Virus record (IMG/VR): IMGVR_UViG_3300030118_007055
Location: 1 to 64,000 of that record
Source of the DNA: a virus
Reading direction: 5' to 3' (one strand)
Length of the DNA: 64,000 bases
How positions within the stretch are numbered: position 1 is the stretch's first letter; every line of letters begins with the position of its first letter. Below, piece after piece: positions 6,879-15,731 of the stretch. Under the pieces are notes generated by a model. That model was given only the letters and a program-made list of their open reading frames with translations, made no database searches and was not told where the DNA came from. The translations under genes and the position numbers were made by a program.

Positions 6879-7773
6879 TGATTTGATAGGTCAGGAGCAA
6901 CTTAAAAAAAGGTTGCAGTTCTACACCGATTCTAAAAAAGCCACTGGTGTGATACCATTCTTAATGTTCAATGGAGCAAAGGGATTAGGTAAAACAGAAT
7001 TTGCAAAGCAGTTTGCAAAAACTTTAGGTAAGAAAATGATAGAAATAAATTGTTCTACTATCAGAAATGGTGAGCAATTTTTCGAGCAGATATTTATTCC
7101 TGCTATCATGGACAAAGATATAACAATTCTATTTGATGAGGCTCATGCTTTACCGAAGGATTTAGTTATGGCTTTTCTGACTATCTTTAATGTCGAAGGT
7201 GCTAAAACAAAAAGATTTGATTTTGGCGATAACAGTTTTGTTTTTGAGTTCGAGAGACAGACATTTATGTTTGCCACTACAGAATTAGACAAATTGTTTC
7301 CTCCGTTTAGAGATCGTCTCACAGTCCTTGATTTTGTGCCATACTCTCCTAGTGAGTTATCTAAGATTATGTCTAAGAAGATTAGTTGGGTTAACTTTAA
7401 AGATAATGTCATCGAAGAGGTGGCAACTACATTAAGAGGCAACGCAAGATCAGCAATCAAAAGAGCTTTAGAGATAAGAGCTTATTGTGAGGTAAACAAT
7501 CAAAGTGATTTTGGTCTTCAGGATTGGAACAGGCTTTGTGATTTAATTGATATTCGTCCGTATGGATTGAGTAATACAGAGATCCAGGTGATGCAATTAT
7601 TGAGAGATCGAGGTGCTTGTACTTTACAAATGATATCTGCTGTAACAGGAATGTCTCGCACTGCGATACAACGTGATGCTGAAGTTTATCTTTTAAAAGA
7701 GGGCTTCATGAAAATAGATGGCAAGCGTTGGATCACAGATAAAGGAGTAAAAGCATTAGATAAAATCAATTAA
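6871..7773 (+). CDS. ruvB: RuvB-like Holliday junction AAA+ ATPase
   Basis: LIGQE, GAKGLGKT Walker A, LFDEAH Walker B, ATTE...PFRDR, RGNAR, C-terminal winged helix; start at ATG 6871. Confidence 0.85.
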   Translation: MINDLIGQEQLKKRLQFYTDSKKATGVIPFLMFNGAKGLGKTEFAKQFAKTLGKKMIEINCSTIRNGEQFFEQIFIPAIMDKDITILFDEAHALPKDLVMAFLTIFNVEGAKTKRFDFGDNSFVFEFERQTFMFATTELDKLFPPFRDRLTVLDFVPYSPSELSKIMSKKISWVNFKDNVIEEVATTLRGNARSAIKRALEIRAYCEVNNQSDFGLQDWNRLCDLIDIRPYGLSNTEIQVMQLLRDRGACTLQMISAVTGMSRTAIQRDAEVYLLKEGFMKIDGKRWITDKGVKALDKIN

Positions 7774-8075
7774 TGGCTAGAGTAAAAAAATATGCCCCGA
7801 CTTCAATCGAGGTCGGTGGAGTAACTTTCAAAATCATTTATAAAGAATTAGAGGATTTCGGACAGATGGATATAGATAAAAAGACTATCTTTATTCGTAA
7901 GGGAATGTCTAATGAAAATACTTTTGATACTCTGATGCACGAATGCGTCCATGCTTGTCTTGCAGTTGGAGGAGTCAGTTATATTATAGATGAAGATAAA
8001 ATAGAAGAAGGAGTCACTAGATGCTTAGATAATCTAATGTTTCCAATTTATAAAAAAGAAATTAAAAAATTATAA
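7773..8075 (+). CDS. small HEXXH metallopeptidase-like protein
   Basis: DTLMHECVHA with downstream EE. Confidence 0.65.
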   Translation: MARVKKYAPTSIEVGGVTFKIIYKELEDFGQMDIDKKTIFIRKGMSNENTFDTLMHECVHACLAVGGVSYIIDEDKIEEGVTRCLDNLMFPIYKKEIKKL

Positions 8076-8077
8076 TT

Positions 8078-8626
8078 ATGCCAAACCACGTAACAAATAA
8101 ACTCACAGTTAGAAAAGGAACACAAAAAATTCTTCCTGCTCTTTACAGTGCAACTATCGAATACAACAGCATAGATGAAAAACTCTATGATATCTTACGG
8201 AACTTTTCTTTTAAGAAGATTATAAAAGAACCGCAAGTAACATTTGATTTGGGTAAATCTGTAAATTATACCGAATGGAGATGGGATAATTGGGGAACCA
8301 GAACAGATGCTTATGTTGTTGATGATCCTGATGAGTGGCAGAATAAAGATGAGACTATTAACCTAATAAATAGTTTTGGTCAGTTCGAGACTGCATGGTC
8401 ACCGCCATTAAAGGTAATTCGTAAGCTACAAAAGATGTTTCCAGATTATTCTTTTGCATTAGACTACATAGACGAACAATTTATGTTCTGCGGTACGATG
8501 GATGTAAAAGGTGAGGACAATCACACAGAAGAAGAAAAAGATTTAAGGTATTATGGAGCTTATCTCTTGCAATATTCACACAAAGATTTAGATGAATTCT
8601 TTGAAAGTTGTGAAGAAAATGTTTGA
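8078..8626 (+). CDS. YubB/DUF1281-like ferredoxin-fold protein
   Basis: MPNHVTN, WRWDNWGT, FETAWSPP, YIDE-FCG. Confidence 0.75.
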   Translation: MPNHVTNKLTVRKGTQKILPALYSATIEYNSIDEKLYDILRNFSFKKIIKEPQVTFDLGKSVNYTEWRWDNWGTRTDAYVVDDPDEWQNKDETINLINSFGQFETAWSPPLKVIRKLQKMFPDYSFALDYIDEQFMFCGTMDVKGEDNHTEEEKDLRYYGAYLLQYSHKDLDEFFESCEENV

Positions 8627-8658
8627 CATTGAATTAAAATTAATTTAAATTATTTAAA

Positions 8659-8838
8659 ATGAATTATTATTACACAGATGAAGCAGATTCAGTGATAGAT
8701 ACGCTGAAAGAACACAAATATTTAATTATGGAAGCATTCAATCCTATCGGAGATGTATTTGACGAGATGGAAGCACAGTTTGATTTGATGATTAATGAAG
8801 CAACAAAAGTATTAAACAATAGCAAGAGAGTAAAATGA
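8659..8838 (+). CDS. hypothetical acidic protein, 59 aa
   Basis: read by hand: MNYYYTDEADSVIDTLKE...; behind TTGACA(8623)-17bp-TAAATT; ATGA overlap with 8835. Confidence 0.6.
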   Translation: MNYYYTDEADSVIDTLKEHKYLIMEAFNPIGDVFDEMEAQFDLMINEATKVLNNSKRVK

Positions 8839-9302
8839 GAACAGATCAAGTAGCCAAAGATGGAGAGAGATATGAATATGAGTTATCTTTAACTCATGAT
8901 ATAGACCAAGGTTTCATAGTTGATTGTAGGGAGGATATTGTAAAAGATGATGATGTAGTATCATCTGAGTATGCAGAAGGTTTTATTTTTGATGATTATT
9001 ATGAAGCAGAAAAGAAACTTAAAGAGATCCAAGATCGACTAGAAAAACATAATCAAAAAATATTTGTTACTAACGAAGTAAAAACATTACATAATGTTAC
9101 TGGTAGAGAGATTAAGCCAAAACAAAAGCCAACTCTCTGGACAGTAGATCTTAATACAACATTTAAAAACATTCTGTTTGACTGCACTGAGGATGAACTA
9201 GAACAGAACGTTCAAGAGTTTGTTATTAGTGAATTAGAAAATTTAGACTGGACATATGAAAAAGCTGATGTTAATGTCGGCAAAACAATGATAAGATCAT
9301 GA
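8835..9302 (+). CDS. hypothetical acidic protein
   Basis: 155-aa ORF in operon. Confidence 0.7.
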   Translation: MRTDQVAKDGERYEYELSLTHDIDQGFIVDCREDIVKDDDVVSSEYAEGFIFDDYYEAEKKLKEIQDRLEKHNQKIFVTNEVKTLHNVTGREIKPKQKPTLWTVDLNTTFKNILFDCTEDELEQNVQEFVISELENLDWTYEKADVNVGKTMIRS

Positions 9303-9457
9303 GTGAAGAAAATAAAGAAACAAAGTATTTTAGTGCGTCTTGTAATTTAAATTTCACAGCAGGAAGTTATGAGGAGGCTTGTGACCAACTGCTAGATTAT
9401 TTAAAAGACTCAGTTACCGATGGAGATGTTACATCTTGGTTTATAAACGAAGAATAA
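9299..9457 (+). CDS. hypothetical protein, 52 aa
   Basis: read by hand: MSEENKETKYFSASCNLNFTAGSYEEAC...; ATGA overlap; resembles ORF 10284. Confidence 0.55.
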   Translation: MSEENKETKYFSASCNLNFTAGSYEEACDQLLDYLKDSVTDGDVTSWFINEE

Positions 9458-9459
9458 AA

Positions 9460-9621
9460 ATGATATTATTAAATCCAAACTATTGGGATTGTGAATGCAA
9501 AAGCAATTACATCCATAAAAAAACAGAAACACATCATTGTGTTAAGTGCGACACATATGAAGAAGATCAACCAGATTCAAGACAGGAGGAGGTAAATGAG
9601 TACATTAATAAAAGATATTAA
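9460..9621 (+). CDS. small Cys-rich (Zn-finger-like) protein
   Basis: WDCEC...CVKC; start at ATG 9460. Confidence 0.6.
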   Translation: MILLNPNYWDCECKSNYIHKKTETHHCVKCDTYEEDQPDSRQEEVNEYINKRY

Positions 9622-9805
9622 TTGGTTAGTTGATTATCTGTCTAATGTAGGAGCAGACCATAAAAGCTCTGGGCTTGATTCCACAGCAGAGGATTACCAA
9701 CTTTGTATTGACGTTATAAATCAATTAACTGATGTGATAGAAGAAGTAGATTTTGTGGATGAGGTAGACATAAAAGCAATTAAAAAATTTAAAAAAGGTT
9801 ATTAA
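9596..9805 (+). CDS. hypothetical protein
   Basis: 69-aa ORF in operon. Confidence 0.65.
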   Translation: MSTLIKDINWLVDYLSNVGADHKSSGLDSTAEDYQLCIDVINQLTDVIEEVDFVDEVDIKAIKKFKKGY

Positions 9806-10080
9806 TGGAGTGCAAAAAAAGCTCTTGCAAATATCCAGTAACGTGCGATCATAACGCAGATTGCATGGAGCAATTAGTAATTGAAGCAAATCGTAGAAGA
9901 AAAATGAACTATAAAGAAGCAATAGAAGTTATTATGTTTTTAGCTAATAGAGAGTTAGAAACTAATCAAAGTAATTATGATGTGCCAGTATTATTTAAAG
10001 ATGATAAGAGCATAAACATCGAAGCAATAGAACAAGCTTTTGAAGTTGTAGAAGAAGAATTAGAAACTTTACCTTATTAG
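9805..10080 (+). CDS. hypothetical protein
   Basis: 91-aa ORF with four N-terminal Cys. Confidence 0.6.
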   Translation: MECKKSSCKYPVTCDHNADCMEQLVIEANRRRKMNYKEAIEVIMFLANRELETNQSNYDVPVLFKDDKSINIEAIEQAFEVVEEELETLPY

Positions 10081-10081
10081 A

Positions 10082-10297
10082 ATGCAAGATAGGATACAAT
10101 TTAATTTAATCAATGGTTGGAGATTTGCAGTAGGAGTAGATGAAAAAGAAAACGTCCTTCATGTAGAGATAAAAAATGATAGTGAAAAACCATTAATTGA
10201 ATGGGCTTACTCTGAGGAGGAAGCGAAAGAAAAAGAACCTGTTGTTTGGAGACAAGCTTTTACCACAGAATTATTAGAAGAAGATGAAGAAGTTTAA
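10082..10297 (+). CDS. hypothetical acidic protein
   Basis: 71-aa E-rich ORF. Confidence 0.65.
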   Translation: MQDRIQFNLINGWRFAVGVDEKENVLHVEIKNDSEKPLIEWAYSEEEAKEKEPVVWRQAFTTELLEEDEEV

Positions 10298-10466
10298 AGT
10301 TACATTCCGAGATGAGATAGAAGCAGAATCAGAGGAGCAAGCATATAAAAACATTCGTGATTTTTGTGCAATGGTTTACAATAGTTCAGATGTTACAGCT
10401 TTTAAATTTGAGGAAGTTAAAGAAGATGGCAATGGGCATGAGATTAGAATGCCTGTAAGTCCATAA
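10284..10466 (+). CDS. hypothetical protein
   Basis: IEAESEEQA motif. Confidence 0.6.
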   Translation: MKKFKVTFRDEIEAESEEQAYKNIRDFCAMVYNSSDVTAFKFEEVKEDGNGHEIRMPVSP

Positions 10467-10470
10467 AATT

Positions 10471-10626
10471 ATGAAAAGTATTTGGCGGTTATGGGCAAAA
10501 GCATTGGGAGAAAAGCAAGGAAAAGATAATGAGGCTGATTGTGTCGCCCTTATTAGAACTTTGATAATTCTTCAAGCTATTATTTGCAATTTCTTTATTG
10601 TGGCTAATATTATAAAAAATTGGTAA
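10471..10626 (+). CDS. small phage membrane protein, 51 aa
   Basis: read by hand: MKSIWRLWAKALGEKQGKDNEADCVALIRT...; WAKALGEK family recalled from aquatic phages; TAATG overlap with next gene. Confidence 0.65.
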   Translation: MKSIWRLWAKALGEKQGKDNEADCVALIRTLIILQAIICNFFIVANIIKNW

Positions 10627-11093
10627 TGAATATATTTGTAGTAGACAAAGACCCCAAGATATCAGCACAGCAATTGTGCGACAAACACGTTATTAAAATG
10701 ATTTTAGAATCTGCTCAGATGTTATGCTCTGCATTCCCTAATGGAACCGCACCATACAAAAGAGCTTTTTACAATCACCCATGTACTATTTGGGCTAGAG
10801 AATCGCAAGAAAACTATGAGTGGTTACTAGATCATGCGTATGCCATGTGTCAAGAGTATACTAGACGTTATGGCAAAGTCCATAAATCTATTTACGCCAT
10901 TGAATGGTGCGGTAAAAACTACCATAAACTAAACTTATCTAAGATTGGATTAACTAAGTTTGCTCAAGCCATGCCAGAACAATATAAAAACAAATGTAGT
11001 ATTACAGCTTACAGATCATATTACAATGGAGAGAAAGCAGGATTCGCTACATGGAAAACAAGAAAAAGTCCTGAGTGGTTTGTAAAAGCATGA
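10626..11093 (+). CDS. pyrimidine-dimer DNA glycosylase (DenV/endonuclease V-like) family protein
   Basis: MNIFVVD...CDKHVIKMILESAQML...NHPCTIW...EYTRRYGKVHKS...QAMPE. Confidence 0.8.
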   Translation: MNIFVVDKDPKISAQQLCDKHVIKMILESAQMLCSAFPNGTAPYKRAFYNHPCTIWARESQENYEWLLDHAYAMCQEYTRRYGKVHKSIYAIEWCGKNYHKLNLSKIGLTKFAQAMPEQYKNKCSITAYRSYYNGEKAGFATWKTRKSPEWFVKA

Positions 11094-11359
11094 ATTTTTT
11101 TAAGCTTCTCCTTGCATACCTCAACATAATAGTTCCTACTCCTTCCGAGGAGTGGGAACTTATTTCAAATCAAGAAGAAACTAATTATTTGATTGTCCAT
11201 CAAAGTGGCAGATGGTATGAAAAAATAGTAGACAAAAACAAAAGACCCATTTACATTTCAAATAGCGAGCATCATAGGTACATGATCGAATGGAAAAATA
11301 ATAAACCTTCGGTTAAATACAAGGCTCCAAATGGTTGGAAATGGATTAAATTGAATTAA
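11090..11359 (+). CDS. hypothetical protein
   Basis: ORF track 11075..11359; ATGA overlap favours start at 11090. Confidence 0.6.
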   Translation: MNFFKLLLAYLNIIVPTPSEEWELISNQEETNYLIVHQSGRWYEKIVDKNKRPIYISNSEHHRYMIEWKNNKPSVKYKAPNGWKWIKLN

Positions 11360-11389
11360 AATTAATTTAAATTAAATTTAAATATTATT

Positions 11390-11782
11390 TTAGTCTCCGT
11401 TTGGGGAGTCCACTGGTGGAGGTGGGGTATTAGCCCAAGTTCTCAAAGCGGGAATAGCTACCAATATCGCATCCATTGCGGCTTTTACCTCTGGCACTTC
11501 ATCAACAGCTTGCCAAAAAGTTTTTCTTCCGTTAACTTTATTTGGAACGTGTATATGAGTTGCTCCCTCATTGTCAGGAGAAACAAGAACTTTTTTATTT
11601 TCTGCATCATAAGGTAACATTTGTATATTTATATTACCTTCATTTGGTGCTGCTTCTGCTGTATTTGGAGAAAATATATTTATACTTTGAATCCATACAG
11701 AATCAAATGTTTCTTCTGCTGATGCTGGTACAACAAACGGCTCCTCTCTTGGGATTGGTGATCCTGAATTTTCATCTGGCAT
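11390..11782 (-). CDS. hypothetical protein
   Basis: 130-aa ORF downstream of a minus-strand GTGTAA motif. Confidence 0.7.
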   Translation of the reverse strand: MPDENSGSPIPREEPFVVPASAEETFDSVWIQSINIFSPNTAEAAPNEGNINIQMLPYDAENKKVLVSPDNEGATHIHVPNKVNGRKTFWQAVDEVPEVKAAMDAILVAIPALRTWANTPPPPVDSPNGD

Positions 11783-11823
11783 AATATATAATTAATTAAA
11801 TTATTTAAATTTCTATTTTATAT

Positions 11824-11837
11824 TTACACTAGTGTAA
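11824..11837. promoter_or_regulatory. back-to-back GTGTAA motifs (putative bidirectional late promoter)
   Basis: TTACACTAGTGTAA palindrome between divergent genes. Confidence 0.5.
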
Positions 11838-11845
11838 TAATATAT

Positions 11846-12178
11846 GTGAATTTAATTGTTGTTTCTCATTTAACCACAAAAGAAGGTTTATATTTTAGAT
11901 ACCTCTCAAACGTTGCGAAACTACATTACAACATGGATGTTGTTGTAGAAGCAAAAAAAGAACAAATAGATTACTATTATAAGCTCCTTAAAAAACATGG
12001 TTTATATGATTTTGTTTCAGAGATTGTGCCACCAGAATATGAGGTAGATGGCATAAGATTAGACACAGAATTAAATTATCCTTTAACAATACAAACAAAT
12101 TCAATTCATGTTTTTAATGTAACTAATTTAATCGCACAAATTAAAACTTTACATAAGATACGAAAAGATTTATTTTAG
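11846..12178 (+). CDS. hypothetical protein
   Basis: 110-aa ORF, GTG start 8 nt after GTGTAA. Confidence 0.65.
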   Translation: MNLIVVSHLTTKEGLYFRYLSNVAKLHYNMDVVVEAKKEQIDYYYKLLKKHGLYDFVSEIVPPEYEVDGIRLDTELNYPLTIQTNSIHVFNVTNLIAQIKTLHKIRKDLF

Positions 12179-12256
12179 TTTTTTAGAAAAAATATAATCC
12201 TTTATTTGGAAAAATATCATTCGATCTGGAGCTTTTGTTTATTTGGCTCAATCCAA

Positions 12257-12817
12257 TTAGATCTGGGGGTATGGCAAAAAGAAAACGTTTTTACTTTTTT
12301 CTGAGAAAAACTCTTTTATTTCACTCACGTTAGCGTAAATTAATTCATCATAGTTTTTGTGACCATACGAACCTTTTCTTTTATATATTTTATATGGCAT
12401 GCCTTTAACATAACTATCCACTAATCTAGTAGTAGTAACATTTTTTTGAGTTCTCGCCTCAGCAAAGTCTTTGAGAGTTGACATATGATATATATTAAAC
12501 CCACCTTCAACTTCTTTAGCTAAGTAATCTGAGTCTCCATACATCCAACCATCATCACCTTTAGTATTCTTAAACTCTAGAGTAATAAAATTATCATCCT
12601 TTCCTTGATTTCTACCAGGAGTATTTCTATTCTTGACTTGGAACTTTAATATATTGTTTTCTTTTGTTTTAATAATGAAGTCTACTTTATTAACACAATC
12701 TTGTTCCTTATTTGCTTTGCGAACCTTATTGCCTCTACTAATCATAAGGTTTTTAAAATTGTTTTCTGTCTGACGACCTGCGGTTGCAGATGATTTGTAT
12801 GTATTTAGTCTATTCAT
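12257..12817 (-). CDS. putative PD-(D/E)XK-fold nuclease
   Basis: GRQTE...VDF...FQVK...LEFKN..GDDGWMYGDSDY. Confidence 0.55.
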   Translation of the reverse strand: MNRLNTYKSSATAGRQTENNFKNLMISRGNKVRKANKEQDCVNKVDFIIKTKENNILKFQVKNRNTPGRNQGKDDNFITLEFKNTKGDDGWMYGDSDYLAKEVEGGFNIYHMSTLKDFAEARTQKNVTTTRLVDSYVKGMPYKIYKRKGSYGHKNYDELIYANVSEIKEFFSEKSKNVFFLPYPQI

Positions 12818-13158
12818 TATTTGGCTTTATTTCGTTCGATCTTGGACCTTTCCTCAATCAGCATGGCTTTAGCTAAGATAGCATAGTTTATAATATCATC
12901 ACAAGCATCTTCAACTGTTTCGTTTGGAACAGAAAGTTCTTTGTCATTAGTGAAAGAATTTATTCTTTGTATTTTATCTATGACTCTTATTAGTAACCCT
13001 TTGACTGGGTGCAAGCCTATTATTTTTGATGAGTTAAAGTTGGCAAAGATATCATTAGCTGTTTTGCCACCAGTATAATCATTATTTTTCTTTACCATGA
13101 TTGATTTGCACTTGGAACAAGTGTCTTCATGGATTTCTAATAGTTCATTTATATTCAT
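12817..13158 (-). CDS. DUF1599-like nucleotide-modification-associated (MazG-like helical) protein
   Basis: KKNNDY, FANF, IRVIDKIQRI, ETVEDACDDIINYA. Confidence 0.7.
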   Translation of the reverse strand: MNINELLEIHEDTCSKCKSIMVKKNNDYTGGKTANDIFANFNSSKIIGLHPVKGLLIRVIDKIQRINSFTNDKELSVPNETVEDACDDIINYAILAKAMLIEERSKIERNKAK

Positions 13159-14144
13159 TCATTCATCTTTTCTTTGACTATTTTTTTTGCTCCCTCATGA
13201 AAATCCTCAAGTTCTTTTTCACTCATAGAATTATATTCTTCTTCCGTTAAATTTTCAGCTTCATAAAGGGCTATTTCTATTTCTTCGTCAGTAGGATAAC
13301 GTAACTCATCTTTCATATCCTCTGGAATAATACCAAGCCAACAAATGCTTTTTTCTTTTTTATTTTCTTGCCTACTAAAGTCTAACTCTCCTTGTTGTAA
13401 GTTCTCTTTTTTTCTTTTGTTCACATAATAAAAATTATACTTTATATAAGCCTCTCTCTCGGACATCCCTTTGCATGATTCTGGAATTGCTTGGTTTAAA
13501 TCAGGTATATGATTAGACCCTGTTATTTTATTGCAATAATTTATTACTTTTATATAAGCACCTTCCCAACCATCCGTAAGAATGAAAAAAGATTTTTTTT
13601 GGTTGCCGCCCTCTAATTCTGGCCTTCTTCTAAAAAAAGACCAACAACTACGAGTAAGCTCAAAACAAATAAATTTAGGTATTTTGTTGATCCTCTTTTT
13701 TGATTTTTTTATATTATCAGAATGACTTAACAACTGTAAATTGTCTTTTGTATCTGGTTTAATAACAAATAAATATTCTTTACCTTCAATTTCAATATCT
13801 TCGTCATGATCAACCATCAAGTCATTAATTATATTAAAGTAATCTCCTGCCTCTACAACTCTTGGATCATTTCCATTTAGCATGACGTAAGCAAGCCTAC
13901 TTAAACGGTATTCAGAGCTATGGATAGATAAGGAATACCTAATCTCATAAATACTTTTCATCGTTTTCCTTGGTTTTTTAAAAAAACTAAACCCCCCGCA
14001 ACGTTTATTATCAATGTAAGGAACTAAAACATCTTTCAAAAGATAACCTTTAAATCCAATATTTTCTCTTGGTGGGATAAAAATATCTTCAACTCTTAGT
14101 TCTAGTTTATCAACTAGTTCTTTTGGTATTGGTTTGAATTTCAT
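13155..14144 (-). CDS. putative HNH endonuclease (divergent)
   Basis: YRLSRLAY...MVDHDE...DNLQLLSHSDN. Confidence 0.5.
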   Translation of the reverse strand: MKFKPIPKELVDKLELRVEDIFIPPRENIGFKGYLLKDVLVPYIDNKRCGGFSFFKKPRKTMKSIYEIRYSLSIHSSEYRLSRLAYVMLNGNDPRVVEAGDYFNIINDLMVDHDEDIEIEGKEYLFVIKPDTKDNLQLLSHSDNIKKSKKRINKIPKFICFELTRSCWSFFRRRPELEGGNQKKSFFILTDGWEGAYIKVINYCNKITGSNHIPDLNQAIPESCKGMSEREAYIKYNFYYVNKRKKENLQQGELDFSRQENKKEKSICWLGIIPEDMKDELRYPTDEEIEIALYEAENLTEEEYNSMSEKELEDFHEGAKKIVKEKMNE

Positions 14145-14148
14145 AAAA

Positions 14149-14523
14149 TTACGCCCCCCACATTGCTACAACTCTTAGCATTTCTGCGTTGACCCAACTG
14201 TTAATAACACCATTTGAATCTTTATATTGCATTCTAACTGTTACATATTCATTAAAATTACTTCGTATGGGTGGCAGTGGTCTATACCATTCCCAGTTTG
14301 GATCTATCACTCCATCTGGTGAAACTTGCTTTACCTCTATGAGATACCAAATGGGTCGATCAAAAGTAGAGTCAGATATCCAACCAACGGTAGCTATTCC
14401 AGAGTATTGATCGTGCTCAACATTTATTTTAGGAAGTGGTGGAATGGTTCCCCAGTGGTCATCCGCTTTACAAAAAACACTAAGAAACAATAGTGTTACT
14501 ATTAAAATTGATTTTTTATTCAT
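14149..14523 (-). CDS. hypothetical secreted protein
   Basis: signal-peptide-like N-terminus, beta-rich body. Confidence 0.65.
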   Translation of the reverse strand: MNKKSILIVTLLFLSVFCKADDHWGTIPPLPKINVEHDQYSGIATVGWISDSTFDRPIWYLIEVKQVSPDGVIDPNWEWYRPLPPIRSNFNEYVTVRMQYKDSNGVINSWVNAEMLRVVAMWGA

Positions 14524-14525
14524 TT

Positions 14526-14732
14526 TTATGCTAAATTTTCAAAGTTTAATGGATCGATTTCTGGAATATCTTGCGGAGGATCTATTGGTGGCGGTTCTGG
14601 AAATATTAATATTTGTGGAATTGGTAGAGGCTCTTCCTTAAATTTGTCGTCGCTATCATAAAAAGAAGTGACGGCTACAGTCATAAAAACTGCAACCGTC
14701 ACTATTATGCCAACTGATAAAGTTCTTTTCAT
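14526..14732 (-). CDS. membrane-anchored Pro-rich protein
   Basis: MKRTLSVGIIVTVAVF TM then PEPPPIDPP; likely start 14732. Confidence 0.55.
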   Translation of the reverse strand: MKRTLSVGIIVTVAVFMTVAVTSFYDSDDKFKEEPLPIPQILIFPEPPPIDPPQDIPEIDPLNFENLA

Positions 14733-14736
14733 TTTT

Positions 14737-15039
14737 TTAACTGAAGTCATTATTGTTATTTGCTTTTTTTTCATTCATCCTTTTGATGTGCCTCTCCCAC
14801 ATCTGGTCTGCCACTGTCTCCTCATCTTGTATAGGTTTTTTGTTAACATTAAAAGCTTCCATTTTTAATCTGGTTATCTCTGCTTCTACAAGCGAATTGT
14901 AAATTCTTATAGGAAATCTAAAAAAAACTTGTAAAGTTGTGATTAAACCTATAAAAACTGACACAAATAAACCTACAGTAAGTGCAGCAATTATGGATAT
15001 TATAGCGTATATCACTTGTAGAATCTTAAAGTGTATCAT
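14737..15039 (-). CDS. membrane protein
   Basis: long N-terminal hydrophobic segment. Confidence 0.6.
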   Translation of the reverse strand: MIHFKILQVIYAIISIIAALTVGLFVSVFIGLITTLQVFFRFPIRIYNSLVEAEITRLKMEAFNVNKKPIQDEETVADQMWERHIKRMNEKKANNNNDFS

Positions 15040-15381
15040 CTATGGCTTTGAGTAATGTATTGTATAATTATCAGGCTTGATGCCTATAACATTAAAATCT
15101 ATGTACTCCACTGCTTCCTCTAAAGACATACCGTCTTCCTGAAAATGGTCAAGTATTTTTTCATATTCGTAAATCAAAAAACCTCTTTGATCTACTCCCG
15201 TAATACAGTGGTCTAAGCCTGTAAATTTTATGGCCTCATCAGCAACAAAGAAGTCCAATTCTTTTATTTCGTCCCAAGTTATATTATAAAATGCGCGATT
15301 CTTATTTGAACAAACAGAAAAAAATCTTAGCACTAATAATATTGTTAGCACCCACCCCAAAAATATGCACAAATATAACAT
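15040..15381 (-). CDS. conserved phage hypothetical protein
   Basis: GLDHCITG...IYEYEKI...GMSLEEAVEYIDFNV; upstream TTGACA-17bp-TAACCT. Confidence 0.65.
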   Translation of the reverse strand: MLYLCIFLGWVLTILLVLRFFSVCSNKNRAFYNITWDEIKELDFFVADEAIKFTGLDHCITGVDQRGFLIYEYEKILDHFQEDGMSLEEAVEYIDFNVIGIKPDNYTIHYSKP

Positions 15382-15413
15382 ATATTTGAGGTTAAATTAT
15401 TTAATATTAGCTG

Positions 15414-15641
15414 TCAAACTTTTTCTTCAGAATTTTCTTCTTTATCGCTCTCATCTGGTATTAATGTAGGCTCAGCAAAAAATGGCTCAACAATTTCACC
15501 TGGAGTTTCAGCAGCAGCTTGAACTTTTTTAGCTAATACAAGTGCAGCCTCTGCGACAGTTAAACCTTGAGCTTTAACAGCTACATCTAAAAGTTGGACT
15601 AAAACTTGTAATTCATTGTCCGTGTATTCAATAGTTTTCAT
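15414..15641 (-). CDS. hypothetical protein
   Basis: 75-aa ORF, LLDVAVKAQGL helical motif. Confidence 0.65.
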   Translation of the reverse strand: MKTIEYTDNELQVLVQLLDVAVKAQGLTVAEAALVLAKKVQAAAETPGEIVEPFFAEPTLIPDESDKEENSEEKV

Positions 15642-15731
15642 AAATAATAGATTATATAGTTTAAATGTATATTATAGTTATGTAACAATTTTTCTAAAAT
15701 TAGTGTAACTTATATGTAAATTACCGATATT

